The notes under the pieces: model-generated
Told to the model about the DNA's origin: nothing
Seen by the model: the letters and a program-made list of their open reading frames with translations, nothing else
Database searches by the model: none
Assembly: GCA_963682135.1 (NCBI GenBank)
Contig: OY821645.1
Location: forward strand, 1,344,001-1,408,000
Length of the DNA: 64,000 bases
From: Methanothrix sp.
GTDB taxonomy: Archaea; Halobacteriota; Methanosarcinia; Methanotrichales; Methanotrichaceae
Direction of reading: 5' to 3'
In this document: positions 28,386 through 39,030 of the stretch, piece by piece
Numbering within the stretch: position 1 is the stretch's first letter
Layout: each line of letters starts with the position of its first letter
Program-made: the position numbers and the translations under genes

Positions 28386-30179
28386 TTACCCGCAGTACTT
28401 GCACCCCGGCACCGTCTCCCCATTACCCAGGTAGAGTACCTGGCTCTTGCTGCCGTAGCGAAAAACGGTGACGCCCTTGCAACCTGAATCGTAAGCCAGA
28501 TGGTACACTCTTAAAACATCGTCCACCGTGGCGCCTTGGGCTAGGTTTACCGTCTTGGATACGGCATTATCCGTGTACTTCTGAAAAGCCGCCTGGACGC
28601 GGACATGCTGATCGGGCGGGATATCCAAAGCGGTCACGAACAGATCCTGCATATCCTGCGACACCCCTGCCAGGCCCTGCACCGAGCCGCTCCTGGCTAG
28701 CTCCGCCTTCATCTCCGCAGTGTAAATGCCGCGTGCCTCTGCCGCCTGCTCAAATAGGGGTGAGACCTCCAGAAGGCGCGAGCCCTCCAGCACCCGGCGC
28801 ACAAAGGCCAGCGCAAAGAGCGGCTCAATGCCGCTGGAGGTTCCTGCGATGATGCTGATGGTGCCCGTGGGCGCAATAGTGGTCACAGTGGCGTTTCTCA
28901 TGGCGCTCCAGCTCTGCAGTTTAGACTCCTCAAAGAGCGGAAAAGAACCGCGCTCCTCGCCCAGACGCTCTGATGCCTCGCGCGCCGCCTGGGAGATAAA
29001 TTTCATGATCTCTTCCGCGAGAAGCAGGGCCTGCGGGGAGTTGTAGGAGATATTCATCATAATCAGCATCTCGGCAAAGCCCATCACCCCCAGTCCGATC
29101 TTTCGCGACTGCATTGTCGCCATTTCAATCTGCCACAGAGGATAGCAATTGACGTCAATTACATCGTCCAAGAAGCGAACGGCAAGCCGGACCAGCTCCG
29201 CCAGTCGCTCCCAGTTCAATTCCCCTTTCCATACCAGCTTAGCGAGGTTGATGGACCCCAGGTTGCAGGACTCGTTAGGAAGCAGGGGCTGCTCGCCGCA
29301 GGGATTGGTGCTTTCAATTATACCGGGCAGAGGATGGGCAGCATTGATCCTGTCTATGAAGATAATACCCGGATCGCCTCCTGCCCAGGCGCATTTTGCG
29401 ATGCGGGCCATTGTCTCTGCGGCATTGAGATGGCCTGCTGCCTGACCGCTGCGCGGATTGATCAACTCGATATCGCCGCCCTTCTGCGCCGCATGCATGA
29501 ACTCATCACTCGCGGCTACAGAGATGTTGAAGTTCTCCAGAAATCCCGGCTTCTCCTTGGCCGAGATGAACTCTAAGATATCAGGATGATCAACGCGAAG
29601 GGTGGCCATGTTCGCGCCTCGGCGACGCCCGCCCTGCTTGATCACATCCGTTGCCACATCGAAGATACGCATGAAGGATACCGGGCCGGAGGCCACACCG
29701 CCGGTAGCCCGTACCACATCATTCCTGGGGCGCAGCCGTGAGAAGGAAAAACCCGTGCCACCCCCGCTCTGGTGAATGAGGGCCATGCTCTTCAGGGCAT
29801 CAAATATGCCGGGTAGTGAGTCCTCCACAGGCAGAACGAAACAAGCAGAGAGCTGCCCCCGCGGCAGACCAGCGTTCATGATTGTAGGGGAGTTGGGCAG
29901 AAATTCCAGACTGCGCATCATCTTTAAAAATTCGCAGCGGCAAATTTTTGCATCGCCACCATACCTGCTTTCCGCTCTGGAGACGTGAGACACCACGCGC
30001 TGGAACATCTCCTGCGGCGTCTCCGCGACAGCCCCGCGTTCGTCGCGACGCAGATATCTTTTATTTAGAACTGCTCTGGCATTGCTGGATAGGAAAAGGT
30101 CACCGGCAATGGTTGCGGCAATATTCTCTTGGCTAAGTTTTTCGGTCTTGCCATCGCTCTTTCTGATGCTCTTGATCAT
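28386..30179 (-). CDS. nrdJ: Class II (adenosylcobalamin-dependent) ribonucleotide reductase
   Basis: FLPNSPT, LSACFV, GGGTG, TNPCGEQPL..ESCNLGS, RKIGLG, TIAPTGT, VSKTVN and KGVTVFR; C-terminal CKYC. Confidence 0.92.
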   Translation of the reverse strand: MIKSIRKSDGKTEKLSQENIAATIAGDLFLSSNARAVLNKRYLRRDERGAVAETPQEMFQRVVSHVSRAESRYGGDAKICRCEFLKMMRSLEFLPNSPTIMNAGLPRGQLSACFVLPVEDSLPGIFDALKSMALIHQSGGGTGFSFSRLRPRNDVVRATGGVASGPVSFMRIFDVATDVIKQGGRRRGANMATLRVDHPDILEFISAKEKPGFLENFNISVAASDEFMHAAQKGGDIELINPRSGQAAGHLNAAETMARIAKCAWAGGDPGIIFIDRINAAHPLPGIIESTNPCGEQPLLPNESCNLGSINLAKLVWKGELNWERLAELVRLAVRFLDDVIDVNCYPLWQIEMATMQSRKIGLGVMGFAEMLIMMNISYNSPQALLLAEEIMKFISQAAREASERLGEERGSFPLFEESKLQSWSAMRNATVTTIAPTGTISIIAGTSSGIEPLFALAFVRRVLEGSRLLEVSPLFEQAAEARGIYTAEMKAELARSGSVQGLAGVSQDMQDLFVTALDIPPDQHVRVQAAFQKYTDNAVSKTVNLAQGATVDDVLRVYHLAYDSGCKGVTVFRYGSKSQVLYLGNGETVPGCKYCG

Positions 30180-30265
30180 TGCAGTGCCTCGCTACTGTTA
30201 TCATGCAGAATCGATATAAACATACATGTTCGTAATAGACTGATCATTCTCACGAGGTTCATAAG

Positions 30266-31042
30266 ATGAAAATCGCAATCTCAGGAAAAGGCGGCGTGGG
30301 CAAGACCACCCTGGCTGGCACCCTGGCCAGACTATTTGCCCGCGACGGCTACAATGTTCTGGCCATAGATGCCGATCCCAGCATGAACCTGGGCTCAGCT
30401 CTGGGAATTCCCACTCTGCCAAAGCCCGTCACCGATCACAAAGACCTGGTCCAGGAGCGGGCGGGCATGCCCGGCGGCATGTTCAAGATGAATCCCAAGG
30501 TCGACGACGTGGTGGCCATGTGCGGCTGCACAGGTCCCGATAATGTCAAGCTGGTGGTCATGGGCACCATCGATTCCGGGGGCTCGGGCTGCATGTGTCC
30601 CGCCAATGCGTTTGTGAAAGCGCTCATCAGACATGTCATCGTCCGAGAAAAGGATCTGGTAATCCTGGATATGGAAGCGGGAATCGAGCACCTGGGCAGG
30701 GCTACGGCTCGCGGGGTCGACGCCATGATCGCTGTGGTAGAGCCGGGCATGAGATCCATTGAGACCGTGGAGAGGATCATGCAACTGGGCAAGGAGATCG
30801 GTATCACTCGGTATTTTGCCGTCATAAATAAAGCAGACAACCCCGGTCCCGTAGCCGAGAAGCTGGCTCAAATGGGCATACCGGTCCTGGGAACCATTCC
30901 CTTTGACAAATGCCTGGTGGAAGCGGACCTTGCCGGCAAGCCGCCCATCGATGTAGACTGTCCGGCTGTGGAGTCCATAAGAAAGATAAAGAGCAAATTA
31001 GAAGAGATGTTCGGCGAAAAAGAAATAGATAAGCAGGCCTAA
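30266..31042 (+). CDS. cooC: CO dehydrogenase / acetyl-CoA synthase nickel-insertion ATPase
   Basis: GKGGVGKTT, DADP, the Ni-binding GSGCMCP and DMEAGIEHLGR. Confidence 0.92.
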   Translation: MKIAISGKGGVGKTTLAGTLARLFARDGYNVLAIDADPSMNLGSALGIPTLPKPVTDHKDLVQERAGMPGGMFKMNPKVDDVVAMCGCTGPDNVKLVVMGTIDSGGSGCMCPANAFVKALIRHVIVREKDLVILDMEAGIEHLGRATARGVDAMIAVVEPGMRSIETVERIMQLGKEIGITRYFAVINKADNPGPVAEKLAQMGIPVLGTIPFDKCLVEADLAGKPPIDVDCPAVESIRKIKSKLEEMFGEKEIDKQA

Positions 31043-32034
31043 AACGTTAAGCTGCCTGCTTTTATTCCCTCTTTTACAATCGATCCGATTACTTTTGAGC
31101 CCGGTCCCATAATGCTACAGGCCTTTGCAGCCTCATCTTCGGCTACTACCACCACGAAGCCCATGCCCATGTTAAAGGTGCGATACATCTCGCCTTCATC
31201 CACATTTCCCTGCTCTTGCAGGAAGCGGAAGATCGGCTGTGGCTCCAGTGGATCGGCGATCTCAAAGCCCAATTGCGAGATGCGCCGCAGCTTGAGAAGG
31301 CCCGAACCGGTGATATGGGCGAGACCATGCACATCGCATTCTGCCACCAGTTTAACGATCTCAGGGTAGATCCGGGTAGGTGTGAGCAGCTCCTCTCCAA
31401 TGGTATTCTTCCCGCCTGGCATCCGGTCGAAATAGGTGTACTTGGACTCAGCGATGATGCGCCGGGCCAGAGTATAGCCGTTGCTGTGCAGGCCGCTGCC
31501 GGGCACACCCACCAGCACGTCGCCCTTCTGAATCTTCTCGCCGGTCACCACCTTGTCTTTATCAACAATTCCAATGGCGGTTCCGGCCAGGTCAAAGCCC
31601 TTAATGATCTCCGGCAAGGATGCAGTCTCCCCTCCCACTATGGTCATATTGGAGATCTCCGCCCCGCGGGCGAGGCCTATCGCAATCTGCGCCGCTCTCT
31701 CTGGGTCCACCTTCTCTACCGCCAGATAGTCCACAAAGGCGATGGGCTCGGCCCCTATGGCATAAAGATCGTTGACATTCATGGCGATGCAGTCGATGCC
31801 GATCGTATCCCACTTGGAAATCGCATTGGCAATAAGAACCTTGGAGCCCACGCCATCGGTGGTCATGGCCAAAGCGAAGCCGCCCATATCCAGAAGCCCG
31901 GCATAGTGACCGATCTCTGTCATGGGGGCTCCGAAACCCTGCCGTTTAGTCGTCAGCACGGCCTTCATGGCGTCAATAGATCTATTCTCCTGATGAATAT
32001 CCACGCCCGCATCAGCGTAGGTGAGTTTCCTCAT
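31039..32034 (-). CDS. purM: Phosphoribosylformylglycinamidine cyclo-ligase (AIR synthetase)
   Basis: TYADAGVD, TDGVGSK, DCIAMNVND, GGETA, GLHSNGY and TFNMGMG. Confidence 0.96.
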   Translation of the reverse strand: MRKLTYADAGVDIHQENRSIDAMKAVLTTKRQGFGAPMTEIGHYAGLLDMGGFALAMTTDGVGSKVLIANAISKWDTIGIDCIAMNVNDLYAIGAEPIAFVDYLAVEKVDPERAAQIAIGLARGAEISNMTIVGGETASLPEIIKGFDLAGTAIGIVDKDKVVTGEKIQKGDVLVGVPGSGLHSNGYTLARRIIAESKYTYFDRMPGGKNTIGEELLTPTRIYPEIVKLVAECDVHGLAHITGSGLLKLRRISQLGFEIADPLEPQPIFRFLQEQGNVDEGEMYRTFNMGMGFVVVVAEDEAAKACSIMGPGSKVIGSIVKEGIKAGSLTF

Positions 32035-33425
32035 GTCTCCCCACCCAGTCCAAACTCGCGGTGCAGCTCTCTTACAGCCTGTTCAGCGTCCTTGGAAGCA
32101 ACCACGAAGGAGATGTTCAGCTGACCTGATGCCTGGCTTATCATGACCACATTGATCTTGGCCGCGCCCATGGCCTTGAAGACCCGGGCGGCTACACCGG
32201 GAGTGCCCGCCATTCCCGCACCTACCACCGCCACGACACAAACATCGTGATCATGCGAGATCTCCTTGACCAGATCGCGGGGGAATTCTGCCCTCAGGGC
32301 ATCTTCAGCCTTCTCCACCTGTCGCTCCTCAATGATCATGGAGATATTGGCTTCAGACGATCCCTGGCTGATCATGACGATATTTATGCCCGCCTTGGCC
32401 AGAGCGGAAAAAGCGCGCGCTGCGACGCCAAGCGTCCCAATCATGCCTGCACCGGATATGTTGAGCAAGGCAGCATTTTTGTGCAGCGTTACTGCCTTTA
32501 TCACATCTGCTTTGGGTACATCATCATGTACTATTAGTGTGCCCGGGATATCGGGATCGAAAGTGCATTTAACGCGCACGGGAATGCCCTTTCGGATGGC
32601 GGGCTCAATGGAACGGGGATGCAGGACCTTGGCCCCGAAGTTGGACAGCTCCATGGCCTCCCTGTAGGATATGGTGGGAATAGACCTGGCCTCGGGCACT
32701 ATCTTGGGGTCGGTAGTCATGATGCCATATGTCTCCTTCCAAAACCAGATTTCATCGGCATCAATGGCCGCTCCGATGAGTGAGGCGGACAGATCCGAGC
32801 CGCCTCGCCCCAAGGTCGTAATTGTGCCTTTTTCGTCCTTGGCGATGAAGCCGGTGACCACGGGAACGCCCTTGAGCGGCAAGAGCCTTTGGGGAATCAA
32901 TTTGTAGGTCTTTTCCAGGGGCCTGCAATCTCCATAGTTGCTGTCTGTGACAATTCCTGCCTCTGAGCCGGTATAGTGCATTGAAGATATGCCCATATCC
33001 CTCAGGACGCCGGCCAGAATGGGCGCCGCCAATTGCTCACCATAGCTGGATATGTAATCCAGAGAGCGCGGCGTAAGCTCACCAATGTAGCAAATGCCGA
33101 TGTAAGCCTTTTCCAGCTCAGACAGTTTATTGGATATCGTCTCTTCGACCTCTTTGGCGATTTGAGGGTCTCTTATGGCATCGGTTATGGCTTGATTGTG
33201 CCTATCCGTGAGCTTCTCCATAAAGTCGATCACTTCTGAGACCTTTCCCTCCTTTGCCGCCTTCGTGGCACAGGCCAACAAGTCGTCAGTGACGCCTTGC
33301 AGGGCAGAGGTAACCAAAACGATCTCATTGTCGCGGCTAAAATGTAAGACCAAATCTCCTACATGCCGCAGCCTGTTTCCGTCAGCAACGGAAACACCAC
33401 CAAACTTCATTACCAAGCGCGCCAT
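32031..33425 (-). CDS. lysC: Aspartate kinase with ACT domains
   Basis: VMKFGG, TTLGRGGSD, DPKIVPEA, GAKVLHP and two ACT repeats. Confidence 0.93.
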   Translation of the reverse strand: MARLVMKFGGVSVADGNRLRHVGDLVLHFSRDNEIVLVTSALQGVTDDLLACATKAAKEGKVSEVIDFMEKLTDRHNQAITDAIRDPQIAKEVEETISNKLSELEKAYIGICYIGELTPRSLDYISSYGEQLAAPILAGVLRDMGISSMHYTGSEAGIVTDSNYGDCRPLEKTYKLIPQRLLPLKGVPVVTGFIAKDEKGTITTLGRGGSDLSASLIGAAIDADEIWFWKETYGIMTTDPKIVPEARSIPTISYREAMELSNFGAKVLHPRSIEPAIRKGIPVRVKCTFDPDIPGTLIVHDDVPKADVIKAVTLHKNAALLNISGAGMIGTLGVAARAFSALAKAGINIVMISQGSSEANISMIIEERQVEKAEDALRAEFPRDLVKEISHDHDVCVVAVVGAGMAGTPGVAARVFKAMGAAKINVVMISQASGQLNISFVVASKDAEQAVRELHREFGLGGET

Positions 33426-33534
33426 CGTAAAAACCGTTCTTTGCTATCCTCACAGCGATTTAAGCTTTATCCATAATTATAATTTCAATCCAAATTCCTC
33501 CTGCAAATAGATTTGAAACCGCCCTGAGAAGGCC

Positions 33535-33549
33535 GAAGGCTTAAATAGA
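33535..33549 (+). promoter_or_regulatory. Probable BRE/TATA promoter of the fusA-tuf-rps10 operon
   Basis: GAAGGCTTAAATAG about 70 nt upstream of the fusA ATG. Confidence 0.45.
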
Positions 33550-33616
33550 TTGAGTCCCAGGATTCTGAAGTCCTAGTCTGGATTTAATCTTTATCTTAAA
33601 CTTCGCGAGGCGTATT

Positions 33617-35812
33617 ATGGGCAAGAGGAAGAAGATAGCAGAACGTGTAACGACTCTGATGGACAAGCCTGAGTTTATCCGGAACATCGGAATCGTGGCA
33701 CATATTGATCACGGTAAGACAACCCTTTCTGATAACCTTCTGGGAGGCGCTGGCATGATCTCCATGGAACTGGCAGGCAAGCAGCTCTTCATGGATTTCG
33801 ATCCCCTGGAGCAGGCGCGCGGAATTACTATCGATGCGGCCAATGTTTCCATGGTTCACGAGATAGACGGCAAGGAATATCTCATCAACATGATTGATAC
33901 TCCAGGCCACGTGGACTTTGGCGGCGACGTCACCCGTGCCATGAGGGCCGTGGATGGCGCTGTGGTTGTAGTGGATGCTGTTGAAGGCGCCATGCCCCAG
34001 ACGGAGACCGTGCTGCGGCAGGCTCTGAAAGAGGGTGTCAGGCCGGTCCTGTTCGTCAATAAAGTGGACCGCATGATCAATGAGCTGAAAGTTGAACCGA
34101 AAGATATGGCCATGCGCCTGGGCAAGGTCATTGACAATGTCAACAAGCTCATCCAAGGAATGGATGAAGTGAAATATAAGAATGGCTGGAAGCTGGATGC
34201 GGCAAAAGGAAATATCGCCTTTGGTTCTGCACTCTACAACTGGGCCATCAGCGTGCCCCAGATGAAGAAGACGGGCATCGGCTTTGAGCAGGTAGTCGAA
34301 TACTGCCGGGCCGGCAAGATGAAGGAGCTGGCCGAAAAGGTTCCCCTTTATATTGCCGTAAACGATATGGTCGTCAAATTCCTTCCCAGCCCCATCGATG
34401 CCCAAAAAGAGAGAGTCAAGGTCATCTGGCACGGCGATTGGAATAGCCCCGTGGGAAAAGCCATGGCTACCTGTGATCCCAAAGGCCCGATCGCTTTCAT
34501 GATCAACAAGATAAAGGTCGACCCGCATGCTGGCGAAGTGGCCACTGGCAGGCTATTCTCCGGAACTCTGCATCGCGGCATGGAGCTGTATGTATCCGGC
34601 GTAGTCAACACCAACCGTATCCAGCAGACCGGTATCGTCATGGGCGCAGAGAGGGTTGAAGTAGAGGAGATTCCTGCAGGAAACATCGCTGCAGTCACTG
34701 GTCTTCGGGATGCTATTGTGGGCTCCACCATCTCATCGGAACAGGACATGACGCCCTTCGAGCAGATTAAGCACGTCTCCGAGCCGGTCATGACCGTAGC
34801 CGTTGAGGCCAAAAACACCCGCGACCTACCCAAGGTAGTTGAGGTCTTAAGGCAGATCGCCAAAGAGGACCCAACCCTGCAGGTTACCATCAACGAAGAA
34901 ACCGGCGAGCACCTCCTGGCTGGCATGGGCGAACTACATCTGGATGTCACTGTAACAAGGATGCAACGCGATCGCGGTGTAGAGCTGAAGACCTCTCCAC
35001 CCATAGTAGTGTATCGTGAATCAGTCGGCGGCAAAGCCGGGCCTGTGGAAGGAAAGTCCCCCAACCACCACAACCGTTTCTATGTTGAGTTTGAGCCTCT
35101 GGAACAGGGCGTGATCGATGCCTTGAAAGATGGCAAGGTCAGCATGAAGATGGAAGAGGTCGAGCGCAGGAAGGTTCTCATCGAAAGCGGCATGGAAAAA
35201 GATGAAGCGAGGAGCATTGTCGGATATTTCGGCACCAACGTCCTGCTCAACATGACCAAAGGTATCCAGTACCTGAGGGAGACCATGGAGCTCATCTTAG
35301 AGGGCTTTGAGGAGGCGCTGAAGAACGGCCCCATCTGCAGGGAACCGGCGCAGGGCATTAAGGCCAAGATCGTGGATGTAAAGCTGCACGAGGACGCCGT
35401 GCACCGCGGCCCCGCCCAGGTCATTCCGGCGGTCAGGCAGGCAGTGCAGGCAGGAATTCTCATGGCGAATCCGGTTTTATTGGAGCCCTTCCAGAATGTC
35501 TTTATACAGGTGCCTCAGGATCAAATGGGTGGAGCCATGTCTGAGATCCAGGGACGCAGGGGCGTTATCTTGAACATGGACAGCCAGGGCGATATGATAA
35601 TCCTTAAATCCAAGATGCCTGTTGCTCAGATGTTTGGATTCTCTGGGGCAATAAGGTCGGCCACCGAAGGAAGAGCCCTCTGGTCATCTGAGTTTGCTGG
35701 CTTTGAGCCCTTGCCCGCCAACCTGCTACTGGATGTAGTCAAGCAGATCAGAACTAGAAAGGGCTTGAAACCGGAAATGCCCAAGCCATCCGATTACCTG
35801 AAGGTCGTTTGA
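33617..35812 (+). CDS. fusA: Translation elongation factor EF-2
   Basis: [28 protein letters not shown] and the diphthamide loop HEDAVHRG. Confidence 0.98.
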   Translation: MGKRKKIAERVTTLMDKPEFIRNIGIVAHIDHGKTTLSDNLLGGAGMISMELAGKQLFMDFDPLEQARGITIDAANVSMVHEIDGKEYLINMIDTPGHVDFGGDVTRAMRAVDGAVVVVDAVEGAMPQTETVLRQALKEGVRPVLFVNKVDRMINELKVEPKDMAMRLGKVIDNVNKLIQGMDEVKYKNGWKLDAAKGNIAFGSALYNWAISVPQMKKTGIGFEQVVEYCRAGKMKELAEKVPLYIAVNDMVVKFLPSPIDAQKERVKVIWHGDWNSPVGKAMATCDPKGPIAFMINKIKVDPHAGEVATGRLFSGTLHRGMELYVSGVVNTNRIQQTGIVMGAERVEVEEIPAGNIAAVTGLRDAIVGSTISSEQDMTPFEQIKHVSEPVMTVAVEAKNTRDLPKVVEVLRQIAKEDPTLQVTINEETGEHLLAGMGELHLDVTVTRMQRDRGVELKTSPPIVVYRESVGGKAGPVEGKSPNHHNRFYVEFEPLEQGVIDALKDGKVSMKMEEVERRKVLIESGMEKDEARSIVGYFGTNVLLNMTKGIQYLRETMELILEGFEEALKNGPICREPAQGIKAKIVDVKLHEDAVHRGPAQVIPAVRQAVQAGILMANPVLLEPFQNVFIQVPQDQMGGAMSEIQGRRGVILNMDSQGDMIILKSKMPVAQMFGFSGAIRSATEGRALWSSEFAGFEPLPANLLLDVVKQIRTRKGLKPEMPKPSDYLKVV

Positions 35813-35890
35813 GTGCGACCTTCGAAAAGATTAAACGCAAAGGCAGAAATACTGAAAAATATGAGTAGTGCCTGTTGGAGGAGATAAATT

Positions 35891-37165
35891 ATGGCAGATA
35901 CAAAGCCACATCTCAATCTCGCATTCATTGGACACGTCGACCACGGCAAGTCGACGACCGTAGGCAGATTGATGTTCGAGACGGGAGCTGTAGACGCTCA
36001 CGTCATTGATGAGTACAAGAAAGAAGCCGCATCCAAGGGAAAGGCAACCTTCGAGTTTGCCTGGGTCATGGATAGCCTGAAGGAAGAGCGCGAGAGGGGC
36101 GTTACCATCGATATCGCCCATCACCGCTTCGATACCGCCAAGTTCTACTTCACCGTAGTGGACTGCCCCGGTCACAGAGACTTCGTAAAGAACATGATCA
36201 CCGGTGCCAGCCAGGCTGATGCCGCGGTGCTAATCGTAGCCGTCCCGGATGGTGTTATGGCTCAGACCAAAGAGCATGTCTTCCTTTCCAGGACTCTGGG
36301 TGTCAGCCAGCTTATCGTGGGCATGAACAAGATCGATGCCACCACCCCACCATTCGACGAGAAGAGATTCAACGAGGTCAAGGAAGAAGTTGGCAAGCTG
36401 CTCAAGATGGTTGGATTTAAGGTAGAGGAGATACCATTTGTGCCTATTTCCGGCCTGATGGGAGACAACCTCGCCAAACCCAGCGAGAATATGAAGTGGT
36501 ACAAGGGCCCAACCCTGCTGGAAGCCCTGAACAACCTCAAGGTGCCCCAGAAGCCGACCAACCTGCCTCTGCGCGTACCGGTACAGGATGTCTACACTAT
36601 CTCTGGTGTGGGCACAGTGCCAGTGGGCCGCGTCGAGACCGGCGTCATGAGAAAGAACGACAAGATCATCTTCGAGCCTGCCGGAGCTTCTGGCGAGGTC
36701 AAGTCCATCGAGATGCATCATGAGGAAGTTCCCGAGGCATTCCCCGGTGATAACATCGGATGGAACGTGCGCGGTGTTGCTAAGAACGACATTCGTCGCG
36801 GCGACGTCTGCGGATCGGTAGCCAAGCCCCCGACCGTGGCCAAGGAGTTCAAGGCCCAGATCGTAGTGTTGCAGCATCCCAGCGCCATATCGGCAGGATA
36901 TACTCCCGTATTCCACTGCCATACTGCGCAGATCGCATGCACTCTCACATCTATTCTGGCCAAGCTGGACCCAAGGTCAGGAGCTGTGAAGGAAGAGAAT
37001 CCTGCTTTCATCAAAGCTGGAGATGCGGCCATCATCATGGTTACACCATCCAAGCCAATGGTCATTGAACCGGTGAAAGAGATCCCTCAACTAGGAAGAT
37101 TCGCCATTCGAGATATGGGCACGACCGTCGCAGCCGGCATGTGCATCAGCGTGGTACCACGCTAA
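35891..37165 (+). CDS. tuf: Translation elongation factor EF-1 alpha
   Basis: [30 protein letters not shown] and [10 protein letters not shown]. Confidence 0.98.
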   Translation: MADTKPHLNLAFIGHVDHGKSTTVGRLMFETGAVDAHVIDEYKKEAASKGKATFEFAWVMDSLKEERERGVTIDIAHHRFDTAKFYFTVVDCPGHRDFVKNMITGASQADAAVLIVAVPDGVMAQTKEHVFLSRTLGVSQLIVGMNKIDATTPPFDEKRFNEVKEEVGKLLKMVGFKVEEIPFVPISGLMGDNLAKPSENMKWYKGPTLLEALNNLKVPQKPTNLPLRVPVQDVYTISGVGTVPVGRVETGVMRKNDKIIFEPAGASGEVKSIEMHHEEVPEAFPGDNIGWNVRGVAKNDIRRGDVCGSVAKPPTVAKEFKAQIVVLQHPSAISAGYTPVFHCHTAQIACTLTSILAKLDPRSGAVKEENPAFIKAGDAAIIMVTPSKPMVIEPVKEIPQLGRFAIRDMGTTVAAGMCISVVPR

Positions 37166-37187
37166 ATTCAATTTTTTGGTGTAAAAC

Positions 37188-37496
37188 ATGCAGAAGGCAA
37201 GAATTCGACTTTCCGGCACTAATCCCTTGATGCTGGACGATATTTGCAGCCAGGTAAAGGGAATTGCTCAGAGAACAGGTGTCCACATGGCAGGCCCCAT
37301 TCCGCTGCCTACCAAGAGGATGGTGGTTCCCTGCAGGAAGAGTCCAGACGGCGAGGGAACGGCCACCTGGGATCACTGGGAAATGAGGGTGCACAAGAGA
37401 CTCATCGATCTGGATGCAGACGAGCGGGCGCTTCGCCAGCTCATGAGGATCCAGGTTCCAAAGAACGTAAATATTGAGATTGTGCTGGAAAGCTAA
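37188..37496 (+). CDS. rps10: 30S ribosomal protein S10
   Basis: [21 protein letters not shown] and [11 protein letters not shown]. Confidence 0.98.
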   Translation: MQKARIRLSGTNPLMLDDICSQVKGIAQRTGVHMAGPIPLPTKRMVVPCRKSPDGEGTATWDHWEMRVHKRLIDLDADERALRQLMRIQVPKNVNIEIVLES

Positions 37497-37500
37497 ATCA

Positions 37501-37543
37501 TTAGTTAGGGGCTGCTTCCGAGGGCTGAAGAGCCCGCTAACCA
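37501..37543 (+). other. Stem-loop between rps10 and the tRNA
   Basis: TAGTTAG-GGGCT-GCTTC...GAAG-AGCCC-G-CTAACCA imperfect inverted repeat. Confidence 0.4.
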
Positions 37544-37569
37544 ATATGTTCTAAATTTTACACACTAAT

Positions 37570-37643
37570 GGACTCGTAGTATAGTCTGGATAGAATAGAG
37601 GCCTCCGGAGCCTCGGACCCGGGTTCGAATCCCGGCGGGTCCG
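37570..37643 (+). tRNA. tRNA-Arg (anticodon CCG), intronless, CCA not encoded
   Basis: Acceptor stem GGACTCG/CGGGTCC, anticodon arm GAGGC-CTCCGGA-GCCTC and T arm CCGGG-TTCGAAT-CCCGG. Confidence 0.96.
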
Positions 37644-37666
37644 CTGCGTTTACGTCACTGCATTTT

Positions 37667-37948
37667 TTATTTATTTGCATCAGAACGTGGCGGTACAACC
37701 ACCAGACCTTCATCATTGAGTGGATTAGCGGCCAGCTTTCCGGAAACGTTAATGAAATGGCCGACCGGCAGTTTTCCCCAGCTCCATAGCTCTGTCTCAT
37801 TGGTAGTGTTGGTCTCGTTGGTGCTATTGGTTAGATTAATTGTGCTGAGAATGGCCCTACCTGAGTCCCCGCTTAGCTGCAAAGATGTAGCAAAAGAACT
37901 GCAGCCCAATAAAATGAATATTAAGACGAATATTATTGACGTATTCAT
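37667..37948 (-). CDS. Small exported hypothetical glycoprotein
   Basis: Signal peptide, a tandem sequon run NLTNSTNETNTTNET and LWSWGKLP. Confidence 0.65.
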   Translation of the reverse strand: MNTSIIFVLIFILLGCSSFATSLQLSGDSGRAILSTINLTNSTNETNTTNETELWSWGKLPVGHFINVSGKLAANPLNDEGLVVVPPRSDANK

Positions 37949-38058
37949 ATCACACACCCAAAGTTCGCGTTCCTCTTACCAGTTAAAATTGGATGATTAT
38001 ATATTTTGCCATGGTCGGATTTAACATGATTTGGATGGCATTTATTAGGGTAGATGCA

Positions 38059-38259
38059 TCAGCTGTGTGCCGGCTGCATAATGCCGAACTTGGATACTTC
38101 CGCGACATCCAATGTTTCCCGTTCTTCGATCTTCTTCAGGATGATGGTTCCATCCCCCAACTGGTCCACAGCAATCTTATCTCCTGGCAGCAGATGCAGT
38201 CCGTATCTGATGGCAAGTGGAAGCTGAATCCTGCCGTTGGAATCAATATTAGTAATCAA
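38059..38259 (-). CDS. AbrB/MazE/SpoVT-family DNA-binding protein
   Basis: IDSNGRIQLPLAIRYGLHLLPGDKI matches the AbrB pattern; TTG start. Confidence 0.8.
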   Translation of the reverse strand: MITNIDSNGRIQLPLAIRYGLHLLPGDKIAVDQLGDGTIILKKIEERETLDVAEVSKFGIMQPAHS

Positions 38260-38334
38260 GATCGTTCACCTGATGCCCTGGTTCTTGCTCCAGGTTTATA
38301 AAAGACTTATTTTGAGATGAGGTTCATATGAGGT

Positions 38335-39030
38335 CTAGCAGTCTATGCTTTCGCAGCCAGACTGCTTCTTCTCCTCCACCGGACTCTCCCGGAACTTGAT
38401 CATCTTCTCTACATCGAACTTGCCGGTGAAGGACTCATGCACCTTAAGGTCCTTGCTGAACATTTTATGCATCCTGGCGTCCGTCTGCCAGGTTCCATTA
38501 AAGGAATTCTTGGTCTGGATTCCCACTGTGTGCACGGGGCTTGTCTTTAGTATCTCCTCAATCCTCCCAGGATCGGTTATGTAGGATGCAGGATTGGTTG
38601 AGGCGAAGTAGCTGCTGCCTTCCCTCTCCATCTCTGTGACAGAGAAGGACTCTGTGATCTCTGCACCGATGCCGCCCCAGAAAGCCTTGGAATGTATATA
38701 TTTCGTTCCAACCATAGGAGTCTTGCCGGAGTAGGTGAGTTTGTTGCCTTCCCAGAGATTTAGCGGCACAGCTGGGCCGTTATCCATGCCTGGAAGCTTG
38801 GCTGCCCTCTGTGCTTCGACGGTTCCAGAGTCCATTTCCAGATCACCGTCTCCATACATGAAATTGTAGTACTCGAGAGCAAGCTGCCTGTCCTTAACTG
38901 AAACGCCCACCTCAAAAGTGCCCGTTCCAGCTACCTTCAGCGTGTTGCAGAAATCACCATCCTGGACCGGCTCGGTGATCGCCGGTGTGGCAAAGGCCGG
39001 CACCAGAAATATGATTAACATTAGCAACAA
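38335..39030 (-). CDS. Exported beta-strand-rich hypothetical protein
   Basis: Signal peptide and alternating hydrophobic beta strands; Cys-containing C-terminus GCESIDC; start codon uncertain. Confidence 0.75.
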   Translation of the reverse strand: MLLMLIIFLVPAFATPAITEPVQDGDFCNTLKVAGTGTFEVGVSVKDRQLALEYYNFMYGDGDLEMDSGTVEAQRAAKLPGMDNGPAVPLNLWEGNKLTYSGKTPMVGTKYIHSKAFWGGIGAEITESFSVTEMEREGSSYFASTNPASYITDPGRIEEILKTSPVHTVGIQTKNSFNGTWQTDARMHKMFSKDLKVHESFTGKFDVEKMIKFRESPVEEKKQSGCESIDC

